From an uncultured Pseudobdellovibrionaceae bacterium (GTDB lineage: Bacteria; Bdellovibrionota; Bdellovibrionia; Bdellovibrionales; UBA1609): a stretch of 64,000 bases of DNA. Where the stretch lies: NCBI GenBank assembly GCA_963803705.1, contig CAWDNU010000001.1:448001-512000 (forward strand), in the 5' to 3' direction. A program made the translations under genes and the position numbers. The notes under the pieces were generated by a model that had not been told where the DNA came from, searched no databases, and saw only the letters and a program-made list of their open reading frames with translations. Positions 21,226-29,977 of this stretch are shown one piece after another (position 1 is the stretch's first letter; each line of letters starts with the position of its first letter).

Positions 21226-21354
21226 GCAACCGCCAACAGACCAAACAACAGACTAAAAAACAGTCGGGTTTCATATCCTGAACTGCATTCCGCAGGATTC
21301 AACGCCTTGAACTGTTTTCAGCTCGTTTGCTGTCTAGCTTCGCTGGCGCTTTTC
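21226..21354 (-). repeat. Structured intergenic repeat, family 2, copy A
   Basis: Minus strand GAAAAGCGCCAGCGAAGCTAGACAGCAA...GGATATGAAACCCGA...CGGTTGC matches 51054-51122. Confidence 0.8.
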
Positions 21355-21361
21355 ATTATTT

Positions 21362-22147
21362 TTACTTTTGCTTGTTTTCTTTTGCTTGGATGCTTCGTCT
21401 CATTAGAGATTTGATGTAGCTGTCGTCTTTTTCTTCGCCTAGAAATCTCATAACTTTGGTGTGTAAAGTTGGATCGTAGATAAGTTGGCCTAAAGTTCCC
21501 TTGCGATCGTTTATAGCATCAAGAGATTGATTTAGCCTATCAAGAGTGGGTTTGATTTGAGCTTGAGATTTTATTTGTTTTGCAGCACCTGCAATATTTT
21601 CTATGGCTTTGTCAGCGTTTCTTCCCATACGTTCAAAATCAGCTCCGTTGGAAAACTGTGTGATAATAGTGTCGATTTTTTTAAGTGTTAGACTAACCTG
21701 TTCAAAGTCAGAAAGCTTATTACTAATTTGGTCCATTAAGTCAGGGGTATCATCAGCTTTGATCACTGATTCATTCGCCAAGGGTTTGCCGCCCTCGCCT
21801 TGAGAGATAAATATATACTTATCCCCAAGCGCACCTTGGGTCTTCATGGAAACCAAACTCTTATCGGTAATTAGGTTTTCATAACCTTTGTTAACTCTGA
21901 CTTCAATTTTGATCTTACTTTTTTTGTTATCAAAGGAAATATCTGAAACGTGACCAACATCAATTCCAGAAAAGGACACAATAGATCCGAACATAATACC
22001 CTGTGAATTATTCACATACGAATAATAGGTATTTTTTCTTCTAAATAAAGATTCATCACTAGTTAAGGCTGTAAATGCGATAATAAATAGTGCAAAACCA
22101 ATTATCACAAAGGCGCCCGACCATAGTTTTTCTTTATTTTGTTCCAT
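21362..22147 (-). CDS. mlaD: MlaD/MCE family protein
   Basis: N-terminal TM helix; MCE motifs GSIVSFSGIDVGHV and GALGDKYI. Confidence 0.88.
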   Translation of the reverse strand: MEQNKEKLWSGAFVIIGFALFIIAFTALTSDESLFRRKNTYYSYVNNSQGIMFGSIVSFSGIDVGHVSDISFDNKKSKIKIEVRVNKGYENLITDKSLVSMKTQGALGDKYIFISQGEGGKPLANESVIKADDTPDLMDQISNKLSDFEQVSLTLKKIDTIITQFSNGADFERMGRNADKAIENIAGAAKQIKSQAQIKPTLDRLNQSLDAINDRKGTLGQLIYDPTLHTKVMRFLGEEKDDSYIKSLMRRSIQAKENKQK

Positions 22148-22161
22148 AAGCTAATCCTTTT

Positions 22162-22899
22162 TTATAATTTAAGTGTACCATCCATAAATTTTCTTAAACT
22201 GCTATTAGAGCTTTCTATATCATCGGGCAAAGCCTCTTCCGCGATGCGACCATCTTTTATTAGTAAAATACGATCGCAAACAGCCAATGCTGTAGGCATA
22301 TCATGGGATACAAAAACAGAAGTAAATCCTAAGTCTTTCATCTTCATAATAGTTTTTTGAATATTTAAAGTATTAAACGGATCTAGCCCGGCCGTTGGTT
22401 CATCAAACAAAATTATTTCAGGCGAAAAGATAATACTTCTAAGTAGGCCAACGCGCTTTTGCATACCTCCAGATAATTCTGCAGGAAATAGCTCTTCAGT
22501 ATTTTCAAGTCCAATATCTTTTAAAAGTTTGGCAATTTTTGCTGTAATCTGTTCTTCAGAAAAGTTAAAGTGTTCCCTTAAGGGGTAAGCCAAGTTTTCT
22601 TTAACTGTTAAAGAATCAAACAGAGCACCGTTTTGGAACACATATGAAATTTTTTTTCGAACTTCAGCCCATTGGTCTTCGTCGTAATCTTGTATTTGAG
22701 TGCCGTTGAAGATAATCTGACCTTCATCTAATTTTTCAAGTCCAATTAGAGCCCTTAAAATTACGCTTTTTCCCGTTCCAGATCCACCTAGAAGTCCTAA
22801 GCATTCTCCCTTCAGAAGTCTAAAATTGATATCGTTATGCACAGCTTTGCCGCTAAAACTTTTCTTTAAATTTTTTACTTCAAGTATTACATCTTTCAT
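22162..22899 (-). CDS. mlaF: MlaF-like ABC transporter ATP-binding protein
   Basis: GGSGTGKS, FQNGALFDSLTV, LSGGMQKRVGL, DEPTAGLDP. Confidence 0.92.
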   Translation of the reverse strand: MKDVILEVKNLKKSFSGKAVHNDINFRLLKGECLGLLGGSGTGKSVILRALIGLEKLDEGQIIFNGTQIQDYDEDQWAEVRKKISYVFQNGALFDSLTVKENLAYPLREHFNFSEEQITAKIAKLLKDIGLENTEELFPAELSGGMQKRVGLLRSIIFSPEIILFDEPTAGLDPFNTLNIQKTIMKMKDLGFTSVFVSHDMPTALAVCDRILLIKDGRIAEEALPDDIESSNSSLRKFMDGTLKL

Positions 22900-22914
22900 A
22901 AATCACACAGGCAG

Positions 22915-23684
22915 TTAGGCGTAGGGATAGATCATCCAGTAAATTTTAGTCATAAAATAATCGCTGATAAAAATTAAAATTGAACCAGTTACAACTGACA
23001 TCGTAGTGGCTTTTCCAACACCTTTAGTGCCTTCAGTAACATTCATTCCAAAATAACACGCAGGCAATGCAACACAAAGAGCAAAACCAAAAGGTTTTAG
23101 AAAGCCCGAGATAAATTCCCACGGGGTGATAGTAGTTACTATTCTTTGATAGGTAAATAGCCAAGGAAGACCCAGTTCGACGTTGGCTATTACAGAGGTC
23201 GCAAGAAGTGCTAAAAAAGAAGTCAGCAGAGTCAAGATAGGAAAAGAGATTAGACAAGCCATAATTCTGGGTAAATAGATCTTTTGATAAGGTGAAGCCC
23301 CTAAAGCCCTTATAGCGTCTATTTGTTGGGTGACTTTCATAGAGCCGATCTCAGAAGCTACACCAGCGCCAACTCTTGCTGCACACATCAAAGCTGTGAA
23401 CACAGGGGAGAGCTCTAAAAATATAGCTAATGACATAACTTTTGGTACATAAGGCTTACCACCGTACTTTTCTAGGCCTAATCCAAATTGTAAAGTCATT
23501 ACAAAGCCAGAGCTAAGTGCAGTTATCGCAATCAACGGAATTGAACATATGCCTAAGTTGTAAATCTGGGTGTAAACATCTTTAGCTTTTGGTCTTTTTT
23601 TTTTAACTCGCGAATGGATTGCGCAAATACCTCGGCCAGTCCTCCCATCGTTGCCAAAGAAGTCTTAACTATTGGAACTACCAT
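22915..23684 (-). CDS. mlaE: MlaE ABC permease, frameshifted at an A10 tract (23595-23604)
   Basis: ELSPVFTAL..ARVGAGVASEIGSMKVTQQIDA..ALG motif. ATG at 23684 overlaps the upstream stop; one extra A joins the two frames into a 256 aa protein. Confidence 0.88.
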
Positions 23685-24163
23685 GCTTTAAAGCCTGTCA
23701 AAAACTTATCATAGACAGATAAATCTTTTTCAAAATTTGAAGGCTGGGCGGTTAAGACCAGTATATACTGGCAAGAGTTTTTGATAAAACTAGTAACGGC
23801 TAGCTTATTTTCGAAACCTTCTAGAGTTGCATCTATCTTGCCCCTTAAGGCCTTACGATTATTAAACTTAAAGCGAATTGGATCACTGGTTTCGCTTGCT
23901 TTAAAATTAGAAGCTAATTCCATAAACCAATTTTCAAGATCAAGCTCTATGCTTTTAATGCATTTGGATTTAACGGATATAGTTGAACTGGTAGAGCTTG
24001 ACAGCCAAGCGTGATCCACAGATTCATTTTTGATTCTATAAAAATCATTACTAGGATATTCGTATGAGTATCTAGTGGATTTCTTGGCAGTTTGATCTCC
24101 GATCTTTACAGACACACAGCCAGACACAAAGTAGAGAAATACTAAAGCAATCAATTTATCCAT
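23678..24163 (-). CDS. Hypothetical lipoprotein, first gene of the mla operon
   Basis: Lipobox-like VSGC after a hydrophobic stretch; stop overlaps the mlaE start. Confidence 0.7.
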   Translation of the reverse strand: MDKLIALVFLYFVSGCVSVKIGDQTAKKSTRYSYEYPSNDFYRIKNESVDHAWLSSSTSSTISVKSKCIKSIELDLENWFMELASNFKASETSDPIRFKFNNRKALRGKIDATLEGFENKLAVTSFIKNSCQYILVLTAQPSNFEKDLSVYDKFLTGFKAW

Positions 24164-24321
24164 AGAAGTCTATCATACTGACACAGGTTCGAATGACTCA
24201 CAATAAAAACTCTTCTAAGTCTTTAAGTTAAGCTACCCGTAAGTGGCTTGTGTAGAAAGCCACACATCTAGAATTTTCGAAACCACCCGTGCCACAGTTT
24301 CACAGATCGGCATTCTGAAGT

Positions 24322-24356
24322 AAAAAAAAAGGCCAGCACTTGAGGCCAGCCTTTTT
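24322..24356 (-). terminator. Rho-independent terminator of hup
   Basis: Minus strand GGCTGGC-ctcaagt-GCTGGCC stem (with G-U pairs) followed by a T run. Confidence 0.75.
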
Positions 24357-24379
24357 ATTTATATAAATTTAAGAACTAA

Positions 24380-24655
24380 CTATTTTTTTAGCATAGATTT
24401 AAATTCGCTACCTGGGCGAAATTTTGGATACCAAGCCGCAGGAATTTTAATTGCTTTTCCTGTTTGTGGGTTTCTTCCTGTTCTAGCTTTTCTTTTTGAT
24501 TTTGTGAAAGTTCCAAAACCAACTAATTTAACTTCGTCACCTTTTTTAACTGAAGTTCTTACAGTGTGTATGAAAGCATCAAGTACTCTCTCAGTGTCAG
24601 CTTTTGTAAGTTCTACTTCTTTAGACAACTTTTCAATTAATTCTGCTTTATTCAT
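24380..24655 (-). CDS. hup: DNA-binding protein HU
   Basis: MNKAELI, GFGTF, RTGRNPQTG, PKFRPG. Confidence 0.95.
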   Translation of the reverse strand: MNKAELIEKLSKEVELTKADTERVLDAFIHTVRTSVKKGDEVKLVGFGTFTKSKRKARTGRNPQTGKAIKIPAAWYPKFRPGSEFKSMLKK

Positions 24656-24773
24656 TTATATTCCCCCATGGAGTGATCATTTGTTGTTGTACATTTACAA
24701 TTGAAACTGCATTTCAAATCTGGGTCAATACTTTTTTAAAAGAAAATTTTAGTGGTCTAAGTTTTCAAGATGA

Positions 24774-24820
24774 AAAAGCTTACTGGTGGCAAGTTTAGTG
24801 CTTGATACCAGTAAGCTTTT
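24774..24820. terminator. Hairpin terminator downstream of the 24844-25566 gene
   Basis: AAAAGCTTACTGGT...ACCAGTAAGCTTTT, 14 bp perfect arms. Confidence 0.75.
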
Positions 24821-24843
24821 ATATGATTTTCAGTTTATTAAAA

Positions 24844-25566
24844 TCAGTTTTGTAAAATGAAAAAATCAGACTTGCCAATGGAACCGTTTTTGTAAAAGAC
24901 CTCAGCACGCAGCCTTTCAGAGTTTTTGTTGCCTTGATAAATGTTAACTCTAAATTGTGAGCCGTAATTAGGTTCAAAGTAGATTACGGTCTTATCAGAT
25001 TCCCTGCAGTCAATCTCGGCACTTGGTAAACTGATGCGTTGCACGTCATAGCACTGACCTTGCAGGCCATCGGGGCATCCAGACATAGTGGCATCAACAA
25101 CTAAATGTGCCCTATCTGAACTATTTCTTGGAAAGATAATCCACAGTTTAAAAAAATCATCCCAATTACTACAGTTAGAAACTCCTCTGGACCAGCTATA
25201 AGCGTATTCCCAGCGACCAGTATTTTGGTTGAACTGCCATTTGAATCCGTCACCATTGTTCGTGCAGAAAGTTGCAAAATCACCAAGAAAGCTTCGATAA
25301 ATACCTTGAGGACCGCTATTTCGGTCTAACCTAAATTCACCTAAGTAGATATGTCTTTGAGCAGAGTCTAAAGCACCTGAAATGGGTGTATAAGAATCAC
25401 ATGACTTGCCTGAACCACTGGTACCTCCGCCGTTTCCTGGGCGTCCCCCGTTGTATCCATTGTTGTTACCATTGTTGCTATTACCTGAATCGGATTCTGA
25501 ACAGCCGAAAGCAAAACAGATTAGTAAAGCTGTAAATACTTTTCGTATATAAAGTGTGTTTTCCAT
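24844..25566 (-). CDS. Hypothetical lipoprotein with N/G-rich linker and Cys-rich domain
   Basis: Lipobox FAFGC; NNNGNNNG linker; start placed at MENT after GGGGGA RBS. Confidence 0.75.
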   Translation of the reverse strand: MENTLYIRKVFTALLICFAFGCSESDSGNSNNGNNNGYNGGRPGNGGGTSGSGKSCDSYTPISGALDSAQRHIYLGEFRLDRNSGPQGIYRSFLGDFATFCTNNGDGFKWQFNQNTGRWEYAYSWSRGVSNCSNWDDFFKLWIIFPRNSSDRAHLVVDATMSGCPDGLQGQCYDVQRISLPSAEIDCRESDKTVIYFEPNYGSQFRVNIYQGNKNSERLRAEVFYKNGSIGKSDFFILQN

Positions 25567-25586
25567 GTCATCCCCCACAACTACTT

Positions 25587-25750
25587 ATTCACTAAATATG
25601 CCACTTTGAGAGCCAAAATAATGACGTTTAACGGTCTATAACTGTCAACAAAGTTGACAGTTGTTGATGGCATATAGCTATCTGGTTTTATAAAACTGTG
25701 AAAATTTTCAGGACATCATCGGGTCTAGGAGTATAAAATTGGTGTAATTA
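25587..25750 (-). promoter_or_regulatory. Shared upstream module, copy 1: sigma54-like promoter, TGTC-N9-GACA palindrome, ~60 bp conserved block
   Basis: TGGCATATTTAGTGAAT (minus 25603-25587); ACTGTCAACAAAGTTGACAG 25641-25660; block 25689-25750 matches 52828-52885. Confidence 0.65.
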
Positions 25751-26120
25751 CAAAGCGATTCTGTGTTTAGTCATTTCCCAAGGCAAACTGACTACAAAGA
25801 TGTATCCATTTGATACGATCTTGTGTCTTAGATCAAAATCAGAAGGCGCATCAATCAAAGGTGGGGTTTATTTCAAAAGTAAGCGATCAATTAAAACTTG
25901 AGACAATATTTAACTTCTCAAAAGGTGAAATAAGAAATTTAGATGCAATTCTATATTCAAAGTTTCAGAAAGAGGCGTGAAAATAAATATCTTTAATTAC
26001 TTCTATTGGAGAGCGAGCTTTACTGAGCGGCTTTGAGGTAATTAACAGATATCGTTGCGCTCAACAATACCTAGTAGAACGAAAAACTTTTTGATCGATG
26101 ACTTGTGTTTTGTCCTGCGC

Positions 26121-26873
26121 TCAAACAAGCTTATTTTTAAGAGCTTTCAATTCACTACGTGTAAGTCCATTTTCTAAAAGCATGTTGTCTATATCTATAG
26201 ATTCTAAAATTTCATCAAAAATTTGCTGCGTATTTTTACCTTCATTGAACAGAAGCTTTTCTATCAAAATTTTTTGATCGACTTCCTTTTTACTAGCGTA
26301 CAGTTTGGAGAGGTTTTTATGACTCAGACTGTGATCTTTAGCTGACTCTAATGTAGATACATTAGCTAAACATAAAAGTATGAAAGTGATTAGACCAGTT
26401 CTATCTCTGCCAGAGGCGCAGTGGAAAAGAACTGCTCCGGTAGAACAATTTGCTATTTGAGATAAAACAGATGTTGTGATTTCAGGGAACCTCTCTAGAT
26501 GCGCCTTATAATACAATGGAGTTGACCACTTACCAGTTTCTCTCCATTTTTTCCAGAAAGGTGGGTCATGCCCACCATCAAGTGAGATATGCACCGTCTT
26601 GATTCGCTCGGGACGAGGAAACAAATCTCCTTTAATTTCATGTTTAAAGCGGAGGTCGATAACGGTGCGAACACCATAGTCTTCGATATTTGCCCAGTCA
26701 TTTTTTGTGAAAGCTTCAACTGAATCCGACCTGATGATTCTCTTCATTTTAGTGGGTTGTCCGTTTTGGGTTCGAATGCCACCAAGATCACGAACATTAA
26801 CAGATCCTTCAAACGTAAGTTCTCGTATAGAGGTTTTCTCTGAAAGCATAACCCATAATAGGTGTTTGCCCAC
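26121..26873 (-). CDS. Tyrosine/lipid phosphatase, Y_phosphatase3 (IphP/PtpB-like)
   Basis: NVRDLGG, TVIDLR, P-loop FHCASGRDRTG. Confidence 0.9.
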   Translation of the reverse strand: MGKHLLWVMLSEKTSIRELTFEGSVNVRDLGGIRTQNGQPTKMKRIIRSDSVEAFTKNDWANIEDYGVRTVIDLRFKHEIKGDLFPRPERIKTVHISLDGGHDPPFWKKWRETGKWSTPLYYKAHLERFPEITTSVLSQIANCSTGAVLFHCASGRDRTGLITFILLCLANVSTLESAKDHSLSHKNLSKLYASKKEVDQKILIEKLLFNEGKNTQQIFDEILESIDIDNMLLENGLTRSELKALKNKLV

Positions 26874-27196
26874 CTAACTGTCATTAACCCAATGCCATAA
26901 GCGAGTTAACTCATACTTGAGCATATTAGAACTGATTAGCATTTTTTCTCAGGGCCGTAGAATGTCGCTCAAAAAACCTAGCATTTTAAGCAGGGTGCTA
27001 GATTCAGTACTAGATTTCCTATTCAATACCAAAATAAATGGTTATGATGCCGATAGGCTGACAGAATCATTTGGGACTAATTAGATCAATTTATCCCGGG
27101 GTAGAAAGCTTTTAGAAAGCTTGGTTTCAGTGATATCTAATTTAGTTTTCAGAAGAATCTAGCTTCATTGCCCGACTTATGAGATGAAGAATAAAG

Positions 27197-28087
27197 GTGG
27201 TTAAAATGACTGTTTTCAAAATTGAAGGCGCTAAAAACAGTTTTGCTTTAGCTTCATTATTGGACTTGGATTCCACTAAGAACAGTAACCTCAAAAATAT
27301 GAATAAAAATGATCTGGCCCAATGTGCAATTAAGATTTGTCAACATTCAGAGCTAAACGTAGATGGCTGCGTTTTTATATTGCCAAGTAAAAAATTGGAC
27401 TTTGCTTGGGAGTTTTTTAATTCTGATGGTAGCGAAGCTCTGATGTGTGGCAATGCAGCCAGGGCCGTCTCATTGTGGTTTAATACTTTCATCAATGCAA
27501 AAAAAACTATTTCATTTTTCACCCCAGCCCAAAATGTCCGAGCAGAGATAATTGATTCTACGGTTATGGATAAAAACACTGACTTAGATATTCTTGCTAC
27601 TGGTCGTGTAAAAGTTTGGCTGAAAAAAGTAAAATTCGTCGTCAATGAAATGGATTTCAAGATATTTGATTCTGGAGTGCCACACCTGTGCGTGTTCTTG
27701 AATGTCCAAGAACATAAAGATAGAGATTTCGTTGAACTTGGCGTCCAGTTTTTTGAAATAGCCAAAAGCTTACGTTTTCCTAAAAGCTTAGATGCTAAAG
27801 GTACAAATGTTACTTATATTTGGTTAGATTCATCATCTACTCAAAAAAAACCCTTGGTGCGAGCGATGAGTTTTGAAAGAGGAATTGAAAATTGGACTGA
27901 AGCCTGCGGTACTGGTGCAATGGCCGCGGCCTACTGTGTAAAAGAAGAGTTAAATTATCAGTTCCCAATCAATGTTCAAATGCCGGGTGGTTTGCTTGAA
28001 ATTGGTGAGTCAAATTTAGAAGCAGAAGTAACTACCACATTATTGGGCCCTGCACTTATTTCAAAAACGGTGGATATATTGATTTAG
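27197..28087 (+). CDS. dapF: Diaminopimelate epimerase
   Basis: FNSDGSEALMCGNAAR, GVPH, ERG...TEACGTGA, MPGG. Confidence 0.9.
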   Translation: MVKMTVFKIEGAKNSFALASLLDLDSTKNSNLKNMNKNDLAQCAIKICQHSELNVDGCVFILPSKKLDFAWEFFNSDGSEALMCGNAARAVSLWFNTFINAKKTISFFTPAQNVRAEIIDSTVMDKNTDLDILATGRVKVWLKKVKFVVNEMDFKIFDSGVPHLCVFLNVQEHKDRDFVELGVQFFEIAKSLRFPKSLDAKGTNVTYIWLDSSSTQKKPLVRAMSFERGIENWTEACGTGAMAAAYCVKEELNYQFPINVQMPGGLLEIGESNLEAEVTTTLLGPALISKTVDILI

Positions 28088-28170
28088 GGGACAGGACAGT
28101 TTAACGCTTGAAAACTTATTGTTTTTTAGGCCATTAAGCTAGTGAAGTTACAAATAAAAGGAGCAACAAA

Positions 28171-29232
28171 TTGAGTGAATATAAAGTAAAAATAATAGAA
28201 AAAAAGATAGTGGCACTAGATTCAGTTTCGCTAAGATTTGAAATTCCTAAAAAAGCTAAGTCTGCCTTCCAGTATAAGGCCGGCCAATTCATTGGAATCC
28301 AAGCTGAAGTTAAAAAAGAAAAAGTAGTGCGCAGTTACTCTTTAAGTTCTAGCCCCGAGCAAGAGGACTTTATTGAAGTGACTTTGAAAAAAGTTTTAGA
28401 GGGTAAAATGTCAAGTTTCTTGGTTGACGAAATTCAAGAAGGTGATGATTTGATTATCACCCCTCCGGTAGGGCAATTTGTTTGTGCTCCGTTGCAACAC
28501 CATCATATTTTATTTGCTGCTGGTAGTGGCATAACGCCAATTTATTCGATGATAAAAAGCCTGCTTTCCAGAGAAGCCTCGAAAGTAACTTTAGTATATT
28601 CAAATAAAAATTTGGCCACCACGATTTTTTCTGATGAACTAAAAAAACTTCAGGAAGATCATTCGCAATTTACTGTGAAATGGATTTTTACCCAGGAGGC
28701 CCCAGACTGGGAAGACGTCTCAGAGGGAAGACTTTCTTCAATCTTACTTAAAAGTCTTCATTTGCTTTGGCAAAGCGCCCATGATCCCGTATTTTACATG
28801 TGCGGTCCCGAAGGGTTTATGGAATCTATAGAGGCATTCTTAGGTCAAAATGGCTACGACAGTTCACAAATTAAAAAAGAGAGCTTTGTAACTTCAGTTG
28901 CTAGCTTAGACGCCGATGAAGTTATTGTGGGCGAGTTCAACGGAAAAGTTGAACCATGTCAGGAAATAGTAGCCGAGATTGATTTTGCAGATTGCACAGT
29001 TGTCCCTAATGATGGTGAAACAATTGTCGAGGCTTTATTACGAGACGGTTTTGATCCCCCGTATTCATGTCTAGATGGAAATTGCTTAGCTTGCCAGTGT
29101 GTGTTGAAAGAAGGCGCGGTGCAAGTTCGCGATACGGGAATCTTAAATTCTGATGACTACAAAGAGGGCCGATTGCTATCTTGCCAGGCGAAGCCCTTGA
29201 CCAAGAAAATTAAAGTAGTTTATGAATTTTAA
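28171..29232 (+). CDS. FAD/NAD-binding oxidoreductase with C-terminal 2Fe-2S ferredoxin (PaaE/Hcr-like)
   Basis: RSYSLSS, AAGSGITP, MCGPEGFM, SCLDGNCLAC...LSCQ. Confidence 0.9.
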   Translation: MSEYKVKIIEKKIVALDSVSLRFEIPKKAKSAFQYKAGQFIGIQAEVKKEKVVRSYSLSSSPEQEDFIEVTLKKVLEGKMSSFLVDEIQEGDDLIITPPVGQFVCAPLQHHHILFAAGSGITPIYSMIKSLLSREASKVTLVYSNKNLATTIFSDELKKLQEDHSQFTVKWIFTQEAPDWEDVSEGRLSSILLKSLHLLWQSAHDPVFYMCGPEGFMESIEAFLGQNGYDSSQIKKESFVTSVASLDADEVIVGEFNGKVEPCQEIVAEIDFADCTVVPNDGETIVEALLRDGFDPPYSCLDGNCLACQCVLKEGAVQVRDTGILNSDDYKEGRLLSCQAKPLTKKIKVVYEF

Positions 29233-29274
29233 ATTTATTACTTGCAGCCTTGTTCAGATCCAATTTCTAGGTTT

Positions 29275-29976
29275 TTAATTATTAGGGACTCTTTCTAAAC
29301 TTTTTAGAAAATCTTTGCACTTTGTTAGAATTTCTACTGGGATTTCATGACCTCCGTTGAATAGGTGAAGCTCATGACTTTTTGATTGGGTCAAAGAGCG
29401 AAAGTGTTTAGCCCCCTGTGCAGGCAGCACAGGATCTTTATCGCCATGAGATTGAAAAATTTTTAAATCTTTAAGCATATTAGATTCAATCCATTTATGC
29501 TGTCGTATGACAGTGCCTGACATAAAGATTAATGCTCTGGGTTTGTACTTGGCCGAGCAAATAAAGTCCGTGCAGACCATTGCCCCTTGACTGAACCCTG
29601 CTAAAATAACGTCCTTCTGGTCAAGTTTCATCGAATCTAAAAATAGACTGATTTTTTTATGAAGCAAATCAATATTTTCTGGTTCTCTAGAATAATATTC
29701 TTTGAATTTATTTTCAGCCACAAGACGCTGAAAATGTTCTATATCTACATTGAACCAGGCCCGACCTCCAAATGCAGCAATCTGTGGGGGGGCCTCTGCA
29801 CCCTCTAAAAATAACCAGTTATAATTCAAACCTTTGATTGAGACCAGTTCAGAAATCGAGTAAAGGTCTGCGGCGTTTGCTCCATACCCATGAAAAATAA
29901 CTACGGTAGGTTTATCTGGGTTACCTGGGTTAAACATATATTTTAGGCCAGACTTTTTATCAGTTTGTAATTTCAC
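29275..29976 (-). CDS. Phospholipase/carboxylesterase (alpha/beta hydrolase)
   Basis: HGYGA, GFSQG nucleophile, HGDKDPV, GGHEI. Confidence 0.9.
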   Translation of the reverse strand: MKLQTDKKSGLKYMFNPGNPDKPTVVIFHGYGANAADLYSISELVSIKGLNYNWLFLEGAEAPPQIAAFGGRAWFNVDIEHFQRLVAENKFKEYYSREPENIDLLHKKISLFLDSMKLDQKDVILAGFSQGAMVCTDFICSAKYKPRALIFMSGTVIRQHKWIESNMLKDLKIFQSHGDKDPVLPAQGAKHFRSLTQSKSHELHLFNGGHEIPVEILTKCKDFLKSLERVPNN

Positions 29977-29977
29977 T

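Noticed and set aside
21172..21414. 80 aa + strand ORF
   Set aside because: Overlaps both neighbouring genes and spans the family 2 repeat; no protein motif
26030..26125. Possible integron attC after the phosphatase gene
   Set aside because: No RYYYAAC...GTTRRRY pair with complementary arms, and no integrase in the window
26900..26922. Minus-strand GCTCAA...AACTCG resembling the family 1 core ends
   Set aside because: Internal stems and inverted arms are absent; too short to distinguish from chance
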